This document shows positions 39,069 through 52,613 of a stretch of 64,000 bases of DNA, one piece after another (positions within the stretch are counted from its first letter, which is position 1; each line of letters begins with the position of its first letter). The notes under the pieces are model-generated. The model was not told where the DNA came from. It searched no databases and saw only the letters and a program-made list of their open reading frames with translations. Position numbers and translations under genes: made by a program. The stretch is from Mustelus asterias (lineage: Eukaryota), in contig NC_135830.1 in assembly GCF_964213995.1 (NCBI RefSeq), forward strand, positions 4,960,001-5,024,000, read 5' to 3'.

Positions 39069-39224
39069 GCCTCTGGTCTACCGTTGAATTGTATCTGGAA
39101 CTCTCCACTTTATTGACATTTATTATATATTTTCAGCAGATCCAAATCCGCGGGAACCGTCCGTTTCTGTCGTCATGCCCTCGGCAGAAGAAGTCTCCGC
39201 TCAAAAAATAGTCTCCCTCTCCTG
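39069..39224 (+). repeat. Partial duplicate of the Cmu4 acceptor and 5' exon (pseudo-exon)
   Basis: 156-bp copy of 40388-40543 with two substitutions seen. It ends in an in-frame TGA at 39223-39225. Confidence 0.9.
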
Positions 39225-40458
39225 ATGATGCCAGCTGCATGTTATTGAAGTAATGTATATAAGATATATATATATATTTATATATATTACAAACAACAGA
39301 GGTTTCAGCATTGATCCGTGTGGAACACCACCAGTTATGGACCGCCATTCAGAAAAAAGAAACATCCTTCCACCGCTACGGCCTTCTATGGCCAAGCTAG
39401 TTCTGACTCCATCCAGCGAGTTCACCCTTGATGCCATGTTATTGAACCTTTTGCATCAGCCTGCCATGCGGGATCTTTTTAAATGCTTTACTAAATTCCA
39501 TGTAGACAACATTCACGGCCTTTCCCTCGTCAATCACTTCTGTCATTTCCTTATTTATTGGGATCAAAACTCTTCACCATTTGAAGATTGTGCCAGGTTG
39601 CATCGTTTATCCTTTTTCCCCTACTGTTATATTCCATTCCTTTTTAAATGATGCCCAACATTCCATTTGTATTTCTCATTACCTGCTGAACTTGCACGCT
39701 CGTGTTCGTGATATATGCACGATGATCCCCAAATCGCATGTTGCTGCAGCTTTATGCTGTTTTTGTCCATTTAAATAATATTCAACCCCTTTACTCTTCC
39801 CAACAATGTGCATAAATTCACATTGTCCTGCATTATATTCCACCTGCCAAGTTTTTGTTCACTTGCTTAACCTGCTCATATTCCTCCGCAGATTTTTTGC
39901 AAAATTCTCATCACTTGCCTTCCCACCTATTTTGTTCGATCCGCAAACCTGACTATTATACATTCAACTATCTTGTTTACCTCATTTCCATATATCATCA
40001 ATAATGCTGATCCCAGCAGCGGTTCTAGTGGCACTCCACTAGTTACAGTTTGCCATCTTGTAAATGCTCCCCGGATCCAAATTTTCTGTATTCTTTTAGT
40101 TAGCCCATTCTCTATCCATGATATAATACCGCCAACACTATGGCCCCTTTTCTTATTAAGTAGCCTTTTGTGCATTTCCCTATTGAATGCTTTATGGAAA
40201 TCCAAGTGCATTGCATTTATTGGTTTCCCCTGTACCTCTGGGAGTAAGATGGGAAGGGCCTGGTACAGAATTGAAATCCAGAACAGTAGGGAGCAAAGAA
40301 AAGCATATCAATCTCTGCTCCGAACTGGGAAACCGGGCAGATCACAAAGATGAACATTTAAGCCCATACATCCAAAACATTCCCCTCGCCTCTGGTCTAC
40401 CGTTGAATTGTATCTGGAACTCTCCACTTTATTGACATTTATTATATATTTTCAGCAG

Positions 40459-40850
40459 ATCCAAATCCGCGGGAACCGTCCGTTTCTGTCCTCATGCCCT
40501 TGGCAGAAGAAGTCTCCGCTCAAAAAATAGTCTCCCTCTCCTGCTTAGTGAGAGGTTTCTCCCCCCGAGAGATCTTCGTCAAGTGGACCTTCAAAGACAA
40601 GCCGGTGAATCCCGGGAACTACAGTAACACGAAGGTGATGGCGGAGAACGGCAATAGCTCCTTCTTCATGTACAGTCTGTTATCCATTGCAGCGTTGGAG
40701 TGGGCCAGCGGCGCTTCTTACTCCTGTGTGGTGGGACATGAAGCTATCCCCTTGAAGATCATCAACAGAACGGTTGATAAATCCAGTGGTAAACCCAGTT
40801 TTGTGAACATTTCTCTTGCACTGATGGACACCGTTAATTCCTGTCATTGA
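40459..40850 (+). CDS. IGHM: IgM Cmu4 exon plus secretory tailpiece
   Basis: CAGCAG (NAGNAG) acceptor, so the exon starts at 40456 or 40459. Reads PSVSVLMP...[17 protein letters not shown]...YSCVVGHEA...[24 protein letters not shown]. Internal GGTAAA donor at 40789, NIS glycosylation site, penultimate Cys. Confidence 0.95.
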
Positions 40851-40877
40851 GAATCACTCGGTTACATTCAGAACTTC

Positions 40878-40892
40878 AATAAAAGTAATAAA
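40878..40892 (+). terminator. Tandem polyadenylation signals for secreted mu
   Basis: AATAAA at 40878 and 40887, about 30 nt after the tailpiece stop. Confidence 0.8.
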
Positions 40893-41619
40893 AGCTTTTT
40901 TCTCCAACGATGAATGAAATACCCAATCGCTTAGTTGATTGTTTTCCTGTTTTACTTACGTTAGGTATCTTTGGTTTGGGTCTCATATTTACAGGTCTCG
41001 CTCCCAATTCTTGGTAACCAGCGATCCCCGTTCAGATACACACTGTCGAAACAGAGGTGGAGGTCCATTAACTCACGCACCGAACCCCACTTGCCTCAAT
41101 GAAAAGACGAGGAATGCGATTATAGAGAGTCATGGAATCCTGTCGTGCAGAAGGAGGCCGTTCGGCCCATCGAGTCTGCACCGACCACAATCCCACCCAG
41201 ACCCAATCCCCTTCATCCCATGCATTTACCCTAGCTAGTCCCCTGACACTTAGGGGCAATTTAGCATCGCCAATCCACCTAGCCTGCATATCTTTGGACT
41301 GTGGAAGGAAATCAGAGCACCCGGAGGAAACGCACGCAGACACGGGGAAACCTGCAGAACCCGCACAGACAGTGACCCAAACCGGTAATCGAACCCACGT
41401 CCCTGGCGCTGTGAAGCAGCAGTGCTAATCACTGTGCCACCGTGGAGCCACAAACGTAACCCACTGTGGCTCCAATTCCTCTGCGGATAGATCCAAAAGG
41501 GTAATTACCGGCGAAACAGAGCAAACTATGAGCTCACTATTTCCCTCTCCTCAGACAGTGCATTCGGAAGGGCATTTCCGATAAGAACTCAGTTGCCATC
41601 AGTAGAAATTGACTTTTAT

Positions 41620-43003
41620 TTCCGGGATTTTAGAGTCCATTATTAAAGATGAGATCGCAGAGTATTTGGAAGTGCATGATAACGTAGGACTGAGTCAGCA
41701 CGGCTTTGTCAAGGGGAAGTCATGTCTGTCAAATCTGCTAGAGTACTTTGAGGATGTAACAAGGACGTTAGATAAAGGAGAACAAGTATATATGATTTGT
41801 TTAGATTCCCAGAAGGCCTTTGACATGGTGCTGCATAGGAGACTGTTAAAGAAGTTAATTGCCCATGGTGTTAAGGGTAAGATCCTGGCATGGATAGAGG
41901 ATTGGTTGACTGGCAGAAGGCAGAGAGTTGGGGGTAAAGGGGTCTTTTTCAGGATGTCAACCGGTGACTAGTGGTGTGCCTCACGGGTCGGTGCTGGGAC
42001 CACAACATTTCACGATATACATTAACGATTTGGAAGAAGGAACTGAAGGCACTGTTGCTCAGTTTGCAGATGATACGAAGATATATAGAGGGACAGGTAG
42101 TATTGAGGAAGCAGGGGGGCTGCAGAAGGACTCGGACAGGTTAGGAGAGTGGGCAAAGAAGTGGCAGATGGAATACAATGTGGAAAAGTGTGAGGTTATG
42201 TATTTTGAAAGGAGGGATGGAGGCATACACTATTTTCTAAATCGGAAAATGCTTAGGAAATCAGAAACACAAAGGGACTTGGGTGTCATTTTTCAACATT
42301 CTTGTGAGGTTGATGTGCAGCTTCAGTCGGCAATTAGGAAGGCAAATGCAATGTTAGCATTCATGTCGAGAGAGCCAGAATACAAGAACAGGGATGTATT
42401 TCTGAGGCTGCATAATGCTCTGGTCAGACACTATTTGGAGTATTGTGAGCCGTTTTGGGCCTCATATCTAAGGAAGGATGTGCTGACCTTGAAAAGGGTC
42501 CAGAGGAGGTTCACAAAATTATCCCTGGAATGGAGAGCGTGTCGTATGAGGAACGGTTGAGGACTCTAGGTTAATACTTGTTGGAGCTTAGAAGGATGAG
42601 GGGGGGATCTTATTGAAACTTACAGGATACTGCGAGGCCTGGATAGAGTGTTTGTGGTGAGGATGTTTCCACTCGTAGGAAAAACTAGAACCAGATGGCT
42701 AAACCTCAGGCTAAAGGGACGATCCTTTAAAACAGAGAACCATAGAACCATAGATGAGGACTAATTTCTTCAGCCAGAAGTGGTGAATCTATGGAACTCT
42801 TTGCCGCAGAAGGCTGTGGAGGCCAGGTCATTGAGTGTCTTTAAGACAAAAATAGATAGTTTCTTGATTAATAAGGGGGCCAGGGGTTATGGGGAAAAGA
42901 CAGGAGAATGGGGATGAGAAAACGATCAGCCATGATTGAATGGCTGAGCAGACTCGATGGGCCGAGTGGCCTAATTCTGCTACTAGGTCTTATGGTCTTA
43001 TGG
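41620..43003 (+). mobile_element. 5'-truncated CR1 LINE
   Basis: QHGFVKGKSCL, SGVPHGSVLGP and FADDTK, with a GGTCTTATGG tail. Confidence 0.88.
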
Positions 43004-43359
43004 ACCTCTGGATTATTGGCCGCAGAGTTTAAACTTCCATTTTGTGAAACATTTCATAAAATATATATTTATCCAAAACTTAAAAATCTTTCAACACTCT
43101 TGCTCCTGTTAGTCATATGCTGGGATTGATTTCTCACAACCCAAATTTAAACCAACGATTGAATTCTCTCCGGTTTTTACAGTTTTCTCCATGAGTATTC
43201 TGAGACGCATCAATGAATTATTGCATTCACTCATCTGATGTCACCTTGTCGCTCACATAAAAGACATTAGCCACAAACATTGGAAATATTATCCATAATT
43301 TTTATTGTCCGGGTCAGGCTTGATTAATGGTTACCCGTGAAACTTGGAACAGCAATAAG

Positions 43360-44470
43360 AAAACACACAAAACTGACACCATTACAAATATGCGCATCGG
43401 CTCGCACATCCACACACATATACACATCGACACACATACACACACACAACACACATAAACACAAAGGCACAAATACATACACAAATACACATGCTCGCAC
43501 ATATTCACACAAATACACAAATACTCATGCAAATACACACATTGACACAAACACGAGCATACACACACCCAATCATATACGCACATGTATACAATTACAG
43601 AGAGGCACACACAAATACACGAACACGTACGTGCATACACACAAATAAAAAACACTTTTACACACCAAACGTACACGCAAAACAAACATTAATGAACACA
43701 CTTACAGAGAAACAAACATGCTCACACTAATAGTCATGCACAAACACATACACAGGCAAACACAAAAACACATGCCCACAAAAACACGCATGCACAAAAA
43801 AACAGGCACAATACATAGGCACACATACATTCACACGCACTCTGAATGCACACAACTACACACACACACACATTCATGCACACATTCACACACACATACA
43901 GAAATGCACACATAGACATATACATGCGCAAACATATATAAAACATACACACACTCAAATAAGCACATGCGCATATTAATACACACACACGCCAGTACAT
44001 GCATACATACACGTACATGCACATACACACACAAAAGCATGCACACAAATACATAGATACGAACAGACAAGCACACATACAGGCACATACACATGCGCAC
44101 ATATAAATTCCATACACAAGCGCACAAATAAATTCATATGTAAGGGCACACGTTCACGATGGCAGAAACATAGACATAAAGACACGCAATGTCATACACA
44201 TTAACACACATACATGGACACATACAATAGCACATTATCAGACAACACACGGGCACAGAAACACACAGATGAATAGACAGAAAAACATACACACGCACAC
44301 ATGCAGATGCAATCATTTACATCCTCAAACAGAACAGAACACCATCACACACATTAGTACGCATGGAGACTTAAACATCCATCAGCACAAAGTTATAAAG
44401 AACTATCAAAATTTAAATCCATACACGAACACATTAACAGATAGTCACACAGAAACAGACAAAGAGACAC
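43360..44470. repeat. Degenerate (CA)n/(CATA)n tract
   Basis: Low-complexity CA-rich sequence that explains the CV/HT-rich ORFs. Confidence 0.85.
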
Positions 44471-44534
44471 AAAGAAAACAAGACGAATATTAAGAGCCTG
44501 ATGGATAGGTAGAACACAAAAAAGAAGGATCAAG

Positions 44535-45410
44535 GCATTTGATTTGATTTGCTTGGTTTAATATTATTGTCACATGCATTGGGATACAGTGAAAAGTATT
44601 GTTTCTTGCGCCCTCTACAGAAAAAGCATACCTTTCATGGAGAAGGAAACGAGAGAGTGCAGAATGTACTGTTACAGTTACAGCCAATGTGCAGCTGAAG
44701 ATCAACTTAATGCGCGATACGTCCATTCAAAACTCTGATGGCAGCAGGGAAGAAGCTGTTCTTGGGTCGGTTGGTATGCGACCACAGACTTCTCTATCTT
44801 TCCTCCGACGGAGAAAGGTGGAAGAGGGAATGTCCGGGGTGCTTGGGGTCGTTAATTATGCTGGCTGCTTTCCGAGACAGCGGGAAGTGTAGACATAGTG
44901 AATGGAAAGGAGGCTGGTTTTCATGATGGATTGGGCTACATTTATGACCTTTTGTAGCTAACTGCGGTCTTGGGCAGAGCTGGAGCCATGCCAAGCTGTG
45001 ATACAACCAGAAGGAATGCTTCCTATGGTGCATCTGTAAAATTTGGTGAGAGTCATTGCTGGCATGCCAAATTTCCTTAGTCTTCTGAGAAAGTAGAGGG
45101 GTTGGTGGGCTTTCTTAACTATAGTGTAGGCATGCGGGGACCAGAACAGGTTGCTGGTGATCTGTGCAGCTAAAGATATGAAGCTCTCGACCATTTCTAC
45201 TTCCTCCCCTTTGATGTAGACAGGGCATGTTCTCCAATATGCCTCCTGAAGCCGATGACAATATCCTTCGTTTTGTTGACATTGAGGGAGGGTTATTGGC
45301 GTCGCACTAGTTATCAAGATTCTCTATCTCATTCCTGTACTCTATCATTCCTCTATCTCGTCATTGTTTGAGATCCGACCCACTACTGTGGTGTCATCAG
45401 CAAACTTGAA
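44535..45410 (-). mobile_element. Rex1/Babar-type LINE 3' fragment
   Basis: LYFLRRLRKFGM...FYRCTI...CITAW on the minus strand, with the tail at about 44535-44575. Confidence 0.8.
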
Positions 45411-45589
45411 AACGCATACACACGCAATAAGAGTGTCTTTAATAAATAAGCATAGACTTCACACAAACATAATGACAGACGAATAGCATATCCTACTGTC
45501 ATTATAAGCATAGATTTCACATAATAATGCAGTCATACAAACATAATGACAGACGAATATACTATTCGTCTGTCATTCGGATATTCGTT

Positions 45590-47818
45590 CGACCAGAGGC
45601 CCGAACATCCTGCACCACCGGTACACACATATCAAACATACCTACTGCTCTATCGCCCGCCCACACTTTGGCAATTCAGACCATAAGGCTGTGCTCCTGC
45701 TCCCGACTTACAAGCAAAAACTGAAGCGGGAAAATCCATCAAAGAAACTCGTGCAATGTTGGTCTGAGGAATGGAATGATCTTCTACGGGGCTGCTTGAA
45801 GTCAGTGGACTGGTCAGTATTTAAAAACTCTGCGACCAGCCTGAACGAGTACGCCACGACCGTAACTGGCTTCATTAGTAAGTGTGTAGAAGACTGTATG
45901 CCAACGAAGCAAATCCGTGTGTCCCCCAACTGGAAACCATGGATGAACAGGCATATTCACTGCTTGCTGAAGTCCAGGTCTGAGGCGTCCAGGTCAGGCG
46001 ACACTGACCTATACAAGAAAGCCAGATATGATCTAATGAGATCCATCAAAGATGCCAAAAGACAATACCGGATCAAGCTAGAGTCCCAGGCTAGCCAAAC
46101 CGACCCCGCCGACTATGGCAAGATCTGCAAGGCATAACAGGCAACAAGATGAAGGCATGTAAAATCGCTGGCACCAACGCAGCTCTCCCTGATGATCTCA
46201 ATGCATTCTACGCCCGCTTTCAGCAAGAGGTCAGCGAGAGCATGTCCTCCACCCTGGAAGCCCTGGATGAACCTATATCTGGGGTCACAATTGCAGATGT
46301 CAAGGCGGTTTCTTGAAGGTCAACCCATGGAAAGCAACTGGCCCGAATGGGGTACCCGGACGAGCACTCAGATCATGTGCAGATCAGCTGGCGGGGGTAT
46401 TTACAGACATTTTCAACCTCTCTTTACAACAATCTGAGGTCCGTATCTGCTTCAAGAAGACGACCATCATCCCGGTACCTAAGAAAAACCAAGCAGCGTG
46501 CCTTAATGACTATCACCGGTGGCTCTGACATCCATCATTATGAATTGGTCCGAAAGGTCAGTCATGGCACGAATCAATTCCAACCTCCCGGACTACCTGG
46601 ATCCACTACAGTTTCCCTACCGCCGCCAGAGGTCCACAGCAGATGCCATTTCCATGGCCCTGCACTCAATCCTGGAACATCTAGAAAACAAGGACACCTA
46701 TGTCAGACTCCTATTTATTGACTACAGCTGAAACTTCAACACGATTATACCCACGAAACACATCTCCAAACTCAGTGGCCTGGGCCTCAGCACCTCCCTC
46801 TGCGACTGGATCCTGAACTTCGTAACTCACAGACCACCATCAGTAAGGATAGCAACAACACCTCCTCCATGATCATCGTCAACACCGTTGCCCAACAAGG
46901 CTGTGTTCTCAGCCCCCGACTCTACATCTTATACACCTATGACTGTGCAGCCAAAATTCCCTCCAATTCGATTTTCGAGGACACCATCGCAGTGGCTCGG
47001 ATCTCAAACAATGATGAGATAGAGGAATGATAGAGAATCTGTTGAACTGGTGCGGCAACAATAATCTCTCCCTCAATGTCAACAAAATGAAGGAAATTGT
47101 CATCGACTTCAGGAAGCGTAAAGGAGAACATGCCCCTGTCTACATCAAAGGGGGCGAAGTAGAAAGTGTCAAGAGCCTCACGTTTGAAGGTATCCAGATC
47201 ACCAACAACCTGTCCTGGTCTCCCTATGCCGGCACTATAGTTAAGAAAACCCACAACCCCTCTACTGTCTCAGATGACTAAGGAAATTTGGTATGTCAGC
47301 TACGGTTCTCACCAACTTTCACATATGCATCATAGAAAGCATTCTTTCTGGTTGTATCACAGCTTGGTATGGTTCCTGCTCTGCGCAAGACCGCAAGAAA
47401 CTACAAAAGGTCGTGAATGTTGCCCAATCCATCACAAAAACCAGCCTCCTTTCCATTCACTCTGTCTACTCTTCCCGCTGACTCAGAAAGCAGCCAGAGT
47501 AATTAAGGACCCCACGCACCCCGGACATTCTCTCTTCCACCTTCTTCCTTCGGGAAAACGATACAAAAGTCTGAGGTTACGTACCAACCAACGCAAGAAT
47601 ACCTTCTTCCCTGCTGCTGTCAGACTTTTGAATGGACCTACCTTGCATTAAATTGATCGTTGTCTACAACCTAGCTATGGCTGTAACAATACATTCTGCA
47701 CTCTTTCGTTTCCTTCTCTATAAACGGTATGTTTTTCTCTGTATAGCGCGCAAGAAACATTTCTTTTCACTGTATACATGTGACAATAATAAATTAAATC
47801 AAATTAAAATAAGTATAT
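45590..47818 (+). mobile_element. Rex1/Babar-type LINE, 5'-truncated and decayed
   Basis: [29 protein letters not shown] and [10 protein letters not shown], with an AATAAATTAAATCAAAT tail. Confidence 0.85.
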
Positions 47819-48543
47819 ATACAGAGACGCAGGCACACGAATGCACGAATCAAAACCACAGGCACATGAATATGCATATTAACACTCATACGCACATAGC
47901 AGCTCATAAACAAAGTGGAATGCAGGCCATGAGATGCTCATGCACCCATACATAAATTCTAAATCTTAACCACAAATGGTAGGCAATGAATGAAAGTAAA
48001 TTTGAAACATAACCTTTTCAATGCAAATATCCTCCGACAACTGTCCCTAAAATACAATCAATCCACAAACACACTGTAGCACTGTACGTAATGAGAAACT
48101 GTCTGGAAGCTAATGATGTACTGAACATTTCCAACATAAATAAAGAATATGAGAAATCACATCTTTAAACAGCAACATTCACTGTTTAAAGATCTGAAAA
48201 CACTTGTTAAAGAAATCATGATTGATCAGTGAACGTTCCTCGATATCAATCATAATATTCTTCAATAAGAGATCTGCAAAATTGTTCGAAAATGAACTGA
48301 TACCGAAAATAAAATTGAGTGTTTTCTGGCACACGTTGATGAATAAAAACGAAGAACAGTTGTGAAGGTAATGACAGAGTTCTGTTACTTAGTATCACTA
48401 GCTTAATAGTTGAGATATTTTGAAAAATAAATTGGAAAATAAGTTAATCGCTTAAGAAAGAGAAGAGGGCATATAACATTACCAATAGGATTCTCTAGAT
48501 CAATCAAGTAATCTAAATGTATTTCCTTGTCTCCGGCCCCTAG

Positions 48544-48671
48544 ACTTCACAGACGACATCTGGATTGAAGCCAATGAGGATGATAACGGCAAAATCTGGA
48601 CAACCGCTTCCACATTCATCGTCCTGTTCTTCCTGAGCATGTCCTACAGCGCTGCAGTCACTCTGGTGAAG
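48544..48671 (+). CDS. IGHM: IgM transmembrane exon TM1
   Basis: DFTDDIWIEANEDDNGKIWTTASTFIVLFFLSMSYSAAVTLVK carries the CART motif. TAG acceptor, GTGAG donor. Confidence 0.93.
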
Positions 48672-48801
48672 GTGAGATGATTCAATGGACTCACACTTCA
48701 AACCGGCAGAAAAATCTCTCAATATTTCACTGATTAAAAACACTAACATTAATGTCCCAGCTCAAAAACATCGGCTTCATTATTGTGTCTCTCTTTTACA
48801 G

Positions 48802-48810
48802 ATCAAGTGA
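48802..48810 (+). CDS. IGHM: IgM TM2 exon (IK*; cytoplasmic tail KIK)
   Basis: Polypyrimidine tract and ACAG acceptor, then ATC AAG TGA. AATAAA at 49229-49234. Confidence 0.85.
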   Translation: MK

Positions 48811-51800
48811 TGGAGTGAACTTTGGACGCTGTAGATTCCCCTCACCAGATTATTAAGTTATCTGCGTGGCACCAACACAGTATCTGCGCTCTTTGACTCG
48901 GAAAGCAAAATTCTCTCAGGTTATCATTCTGAATCTGTTACTGAGACAGTCGTTCTCGATATTTCACTCTTCCAGTTTGAAATTGGCGATTTGTGCTCTA
49001 CAATAATTTTAGCTGGTGGTTTCCCTTGAATTCCATGTGTACAAAAGCGACGTTTCTTATTCCTTATTCGCAATCTCTGATTCATAGTTTTTTCCTTTTT
49101 TTATGTTGAGCTCCTGTTTTCCCTTTCTGGTGTCTCTTACAGTTGTACATATACTTGGAAGCTCAGAGCCCATGGGTTCTGTTCTCAGTGTGAAGCTCAA
49201 TCATTATATTCACTTTTGTGAAGTTTAAAATAAACTTTTCTGTAAAATACTCTCTTGAATTATTAATATATTTTGAATGAAAAATGAACAAGGTAGGACC
49301 TTGCTTAACTCCTGTATCCAAATCTCATCAGCACCGCTACATTTTCCCTATTACAAGGTTCTCCCCCTTTCCAAAATTGGTATTTACCCCAGTCCTGTCT
49401 GGGATGTGTTTGAACTCAAGGCCCTGGAGCGAAAGAGTCACTGCGCCACCCAGTGAATTCTCTGAGTAAAGACAGCTTCACCTCTGCGTTTTCACAATAA
49501 ACTCGAGTCAGAATAATTCAACAGCGTGTATAAACTCGGCGATTTTACTCATAAACTGGTCTGTCATTGCCGACCGCCAGGTAATTCTAGATAATAAATA
49601 GTCTGCTTCATCAGAGGCCGAAAGAGCACAGTACATGGAGAGGAAAACTTCCTTGACACTATCCCACCAAACACTACAAGTTTCGCTGCAGGACAGATTA
49701 TCAGAGTAAATCTCCCTCCCTACTGTCCAATTAAACATTACCAATGCAGATACGCCACAGTCTAGATATAAAACAAAGAGAGGACAGTATTGTAAATAAC
49801 ATGGAATAATACCGAGAGACCGAGGCGTCAATCGCACGAATCAAGTACAAATTTACAAATGATTGCCAGAGTTTGAGTTTGTAAGTTAAACTAGGGGAAC
49901 AAACGCGGAAATTCCCAGATGCGAAGATTCAACTGAAATAAAAACTAAGCAAAAAACAAGGAAAATGTTCCGAGAGAATGGTGTTTATCCTGATACAGAG
50001 ACTCCGGCTTAAATTTTTGTGGATTTTCTTGAGTTTTCCAACAAACAAGTATGCATTTTTGCCTCTCTGAATGTTAGAAACGCACACGCTCCACTTTGTG
50101 GTGAACACACAGTGTTCAAGTTCTCCAATTTGTACCAATTTTGTACCTATCCTTCTGATTCATTTTTATATTATGCACCATCCCCAGCAAATAATATTCC
50201 CTCTGACACCATCCACATGAACTCACTCAACATCACTCCAGGGATCCTCTCTCCCTGCTCCATTCCCTCTGATTACGTCCCCCTGAACTCACTGAACATA
50301 ACGCCAGGGATCGATCAGTGACCTTCAAACCTTCCCGCCCTGAACTTTCTGTCCACGTCCATGTCTTCATATTCTTCACAGTAAGAAGTCTCACAACACC
50401 AGGTTAAAGTCCAACATGTTTATTTGGTAGCAAAAACCACTAGCTTTCTCGTGGTTCTTCCCTTCATCAGGTAAGTGGGAGTTCTATTCACAAACAGGGC
50501 ATATAAAGACACAAACTCAATTTACAAAATAATGGTTGGAATGCGAGTCTTTACAGGTAATCAAGTCTTAAAGGTCAGACGATGTGAGGGGAGAGTGTGT
50601 TAAACACAGGTTAAAGAGATGTGTATTGTCTCCAGACAGGACAGTTAGTGAGATTTTGCAAGACCATCCTCTGCAGATTTTTTGCAAAATTCTCATCACT
50701 TGCCTTCCCACCTATTTTGTTCGATCCGCAAACCTGACTATTGTACATTCAACTATCTTGTTTATCTCATTTCCATATATCATCAATAATGCTGATCCCA
50801 GCAGCGGTTCTCGTGGCACTCCAGTAGTTACAGTTTGCCATCTTGTAAATGCTCCCCGGATCCAAATGTTCTGTATTTTATTAGTTAGCCCATTGTCTAT
50901 CCATGATGATATAATACCGCCAACACTATGGCCTCTTTTCTGATTAGGTAGCCTTTTGTGCATTTCCCTATTGAGTGTGGATGGTGGCCCATGGCTGCGT
51001 GGGGGAGTAGATCTGATGAGTCGATGATGTTTGAGCAAAAGGAGAGTTTAACTGTCTACTGTACCGATTCAGAGAAGTTCTTCTGAGCCCACATGAAGGT
51101 CGTTAATTATGTTCCCTCTCAACTTGATTATGGTCTGTTACCAACTCAGATCTCGGAGCTGAACTCGAGAACTTTAGAATGTCCACATCTCAGCGTCAAG
51201 AAACACAATGTCGGAAAGCACAAAGGGCCAGACCAGAACCCTCTGGAGAAGCTGATATCATCCACTGCCTGTGGAAGAACATGAAGTGGAGTTGCCGGCG
51301 GTTGACTGGGGTACTGAGGCAACAGTGCCACCATGTTGCCAAAAAAGATATTCTCTTGTCCATGAACGGAGAAAGAGTAGGCAATGTTTGATAAGGTGAC
51401 CTAGTTCTTTTTAATTCATTAAAAATGGGCGTCGCTGTTTGGCCAGCATTTATTGCCCATCCTGGTTGCCCTGGGACAGTTAGGGTCAAACACTTTGCTG
51501 CAGCTCTGGAAACAATGTAGGCCAGGCCGGATAAAGGACGGCAGATTTCATTCCCTAAAGCACATTACCGAACTCCATGTTTATTTGTCCGACAATCGAC
51601 AATGGTTTCATGGTCATCAGTAGATTCTTAATTCCAGATAGTTTTAATTGAATACAAATTGCACAACATTGCGGTGACAGGATTCAAAACCGGGGCCCCA
51701 TAAAATTGGGTGAGTTCCTGGATTAACAGTCTCCCGATAATACCACTAGGCTATCGTCTTTCCCAGTTATAAGCGTTTATGTTGAAAGAGATTTGGGTGT

Positions 51801-52154
51801 GTTTGTACAAGGAACGCAGGAAGATGGTGGTGCAACAAACTATAGGAAGGGAAGTGGCATTTTGGTCTTTATTGCCAGCAGATTGCTGTATAAGAATATA
51901 AACGGCAACTTAGATTTATACAGGATTTTGTTGGGAGCTAGTGTGAAATATTCGGTGCATTTTTGATATCCACAATGCTTTTTTTAAAAACGCTACCCTT
52001 CATTTGGAGACTTGGTAGGTTCCTGTGATGAGAGAGTTCTCCTGGGATGAGAGGTTGTGCAAATTGGGCTGAAATTCCCTGGAGTTTAGAATACTGAGAG
52101 GCAATCTTATTGAAACGTACGGAATACTGAGAGATTGTTTCCCAGTACAACCAC

Positions 52155-52227
52155 CGCCTCTGGATGGTACTGAGCCACCAACCATTTGCTTAAAGTCGAA
52201 CGCAATAACGAATTCCGCCACTTAGAC
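52155..52227 (-). pseudogene. tRNA-Asn-derived pseudogene
   Basis: Aligns by eye to vertebrate tRNA-Asn(GTT) with many substitutions. Confidence 0.55.
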
Positions 52228-52613
52228 TGAGACACTCTATATTAGGGTGTCAGCGAGTGCTGGATATATCCAAACCCAATTCTCTTTTTGCAAAACATAG
52301 TCGAGAACTACAACATGACCACATCGTTTACAATACTATGCAACCCCTTTGACTATTTTACTCCCCACAGTGTTGCTGTGATTTAGTGGTTACCCGCTTC
52401 TCCTGACATGGGAACGGGCCGCTTGATAGGGCAGATAGGGACAAACTGTTTCCACTGACGAGGGTCAGTAACCGAAGGATTGGGATTGAAGATAATTCAT
52501 GAAAGATCAACTTGTATTTATGTAGCGCCTTTCCCGGTTGCTGGACGTCACAATGCGCTTTGCAGCCAACGAAAGACAATTACATTGAAAAAAAAGTATC
52601 AATTAAACAAGGA

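Noticed and set aside
36449-40850. IgW or IgNAR identity
   Set aside because: Four C exons, a Cmu1 light-chain Cys, a mu-type tailpiece and an IgM-type VH all fit IgM.
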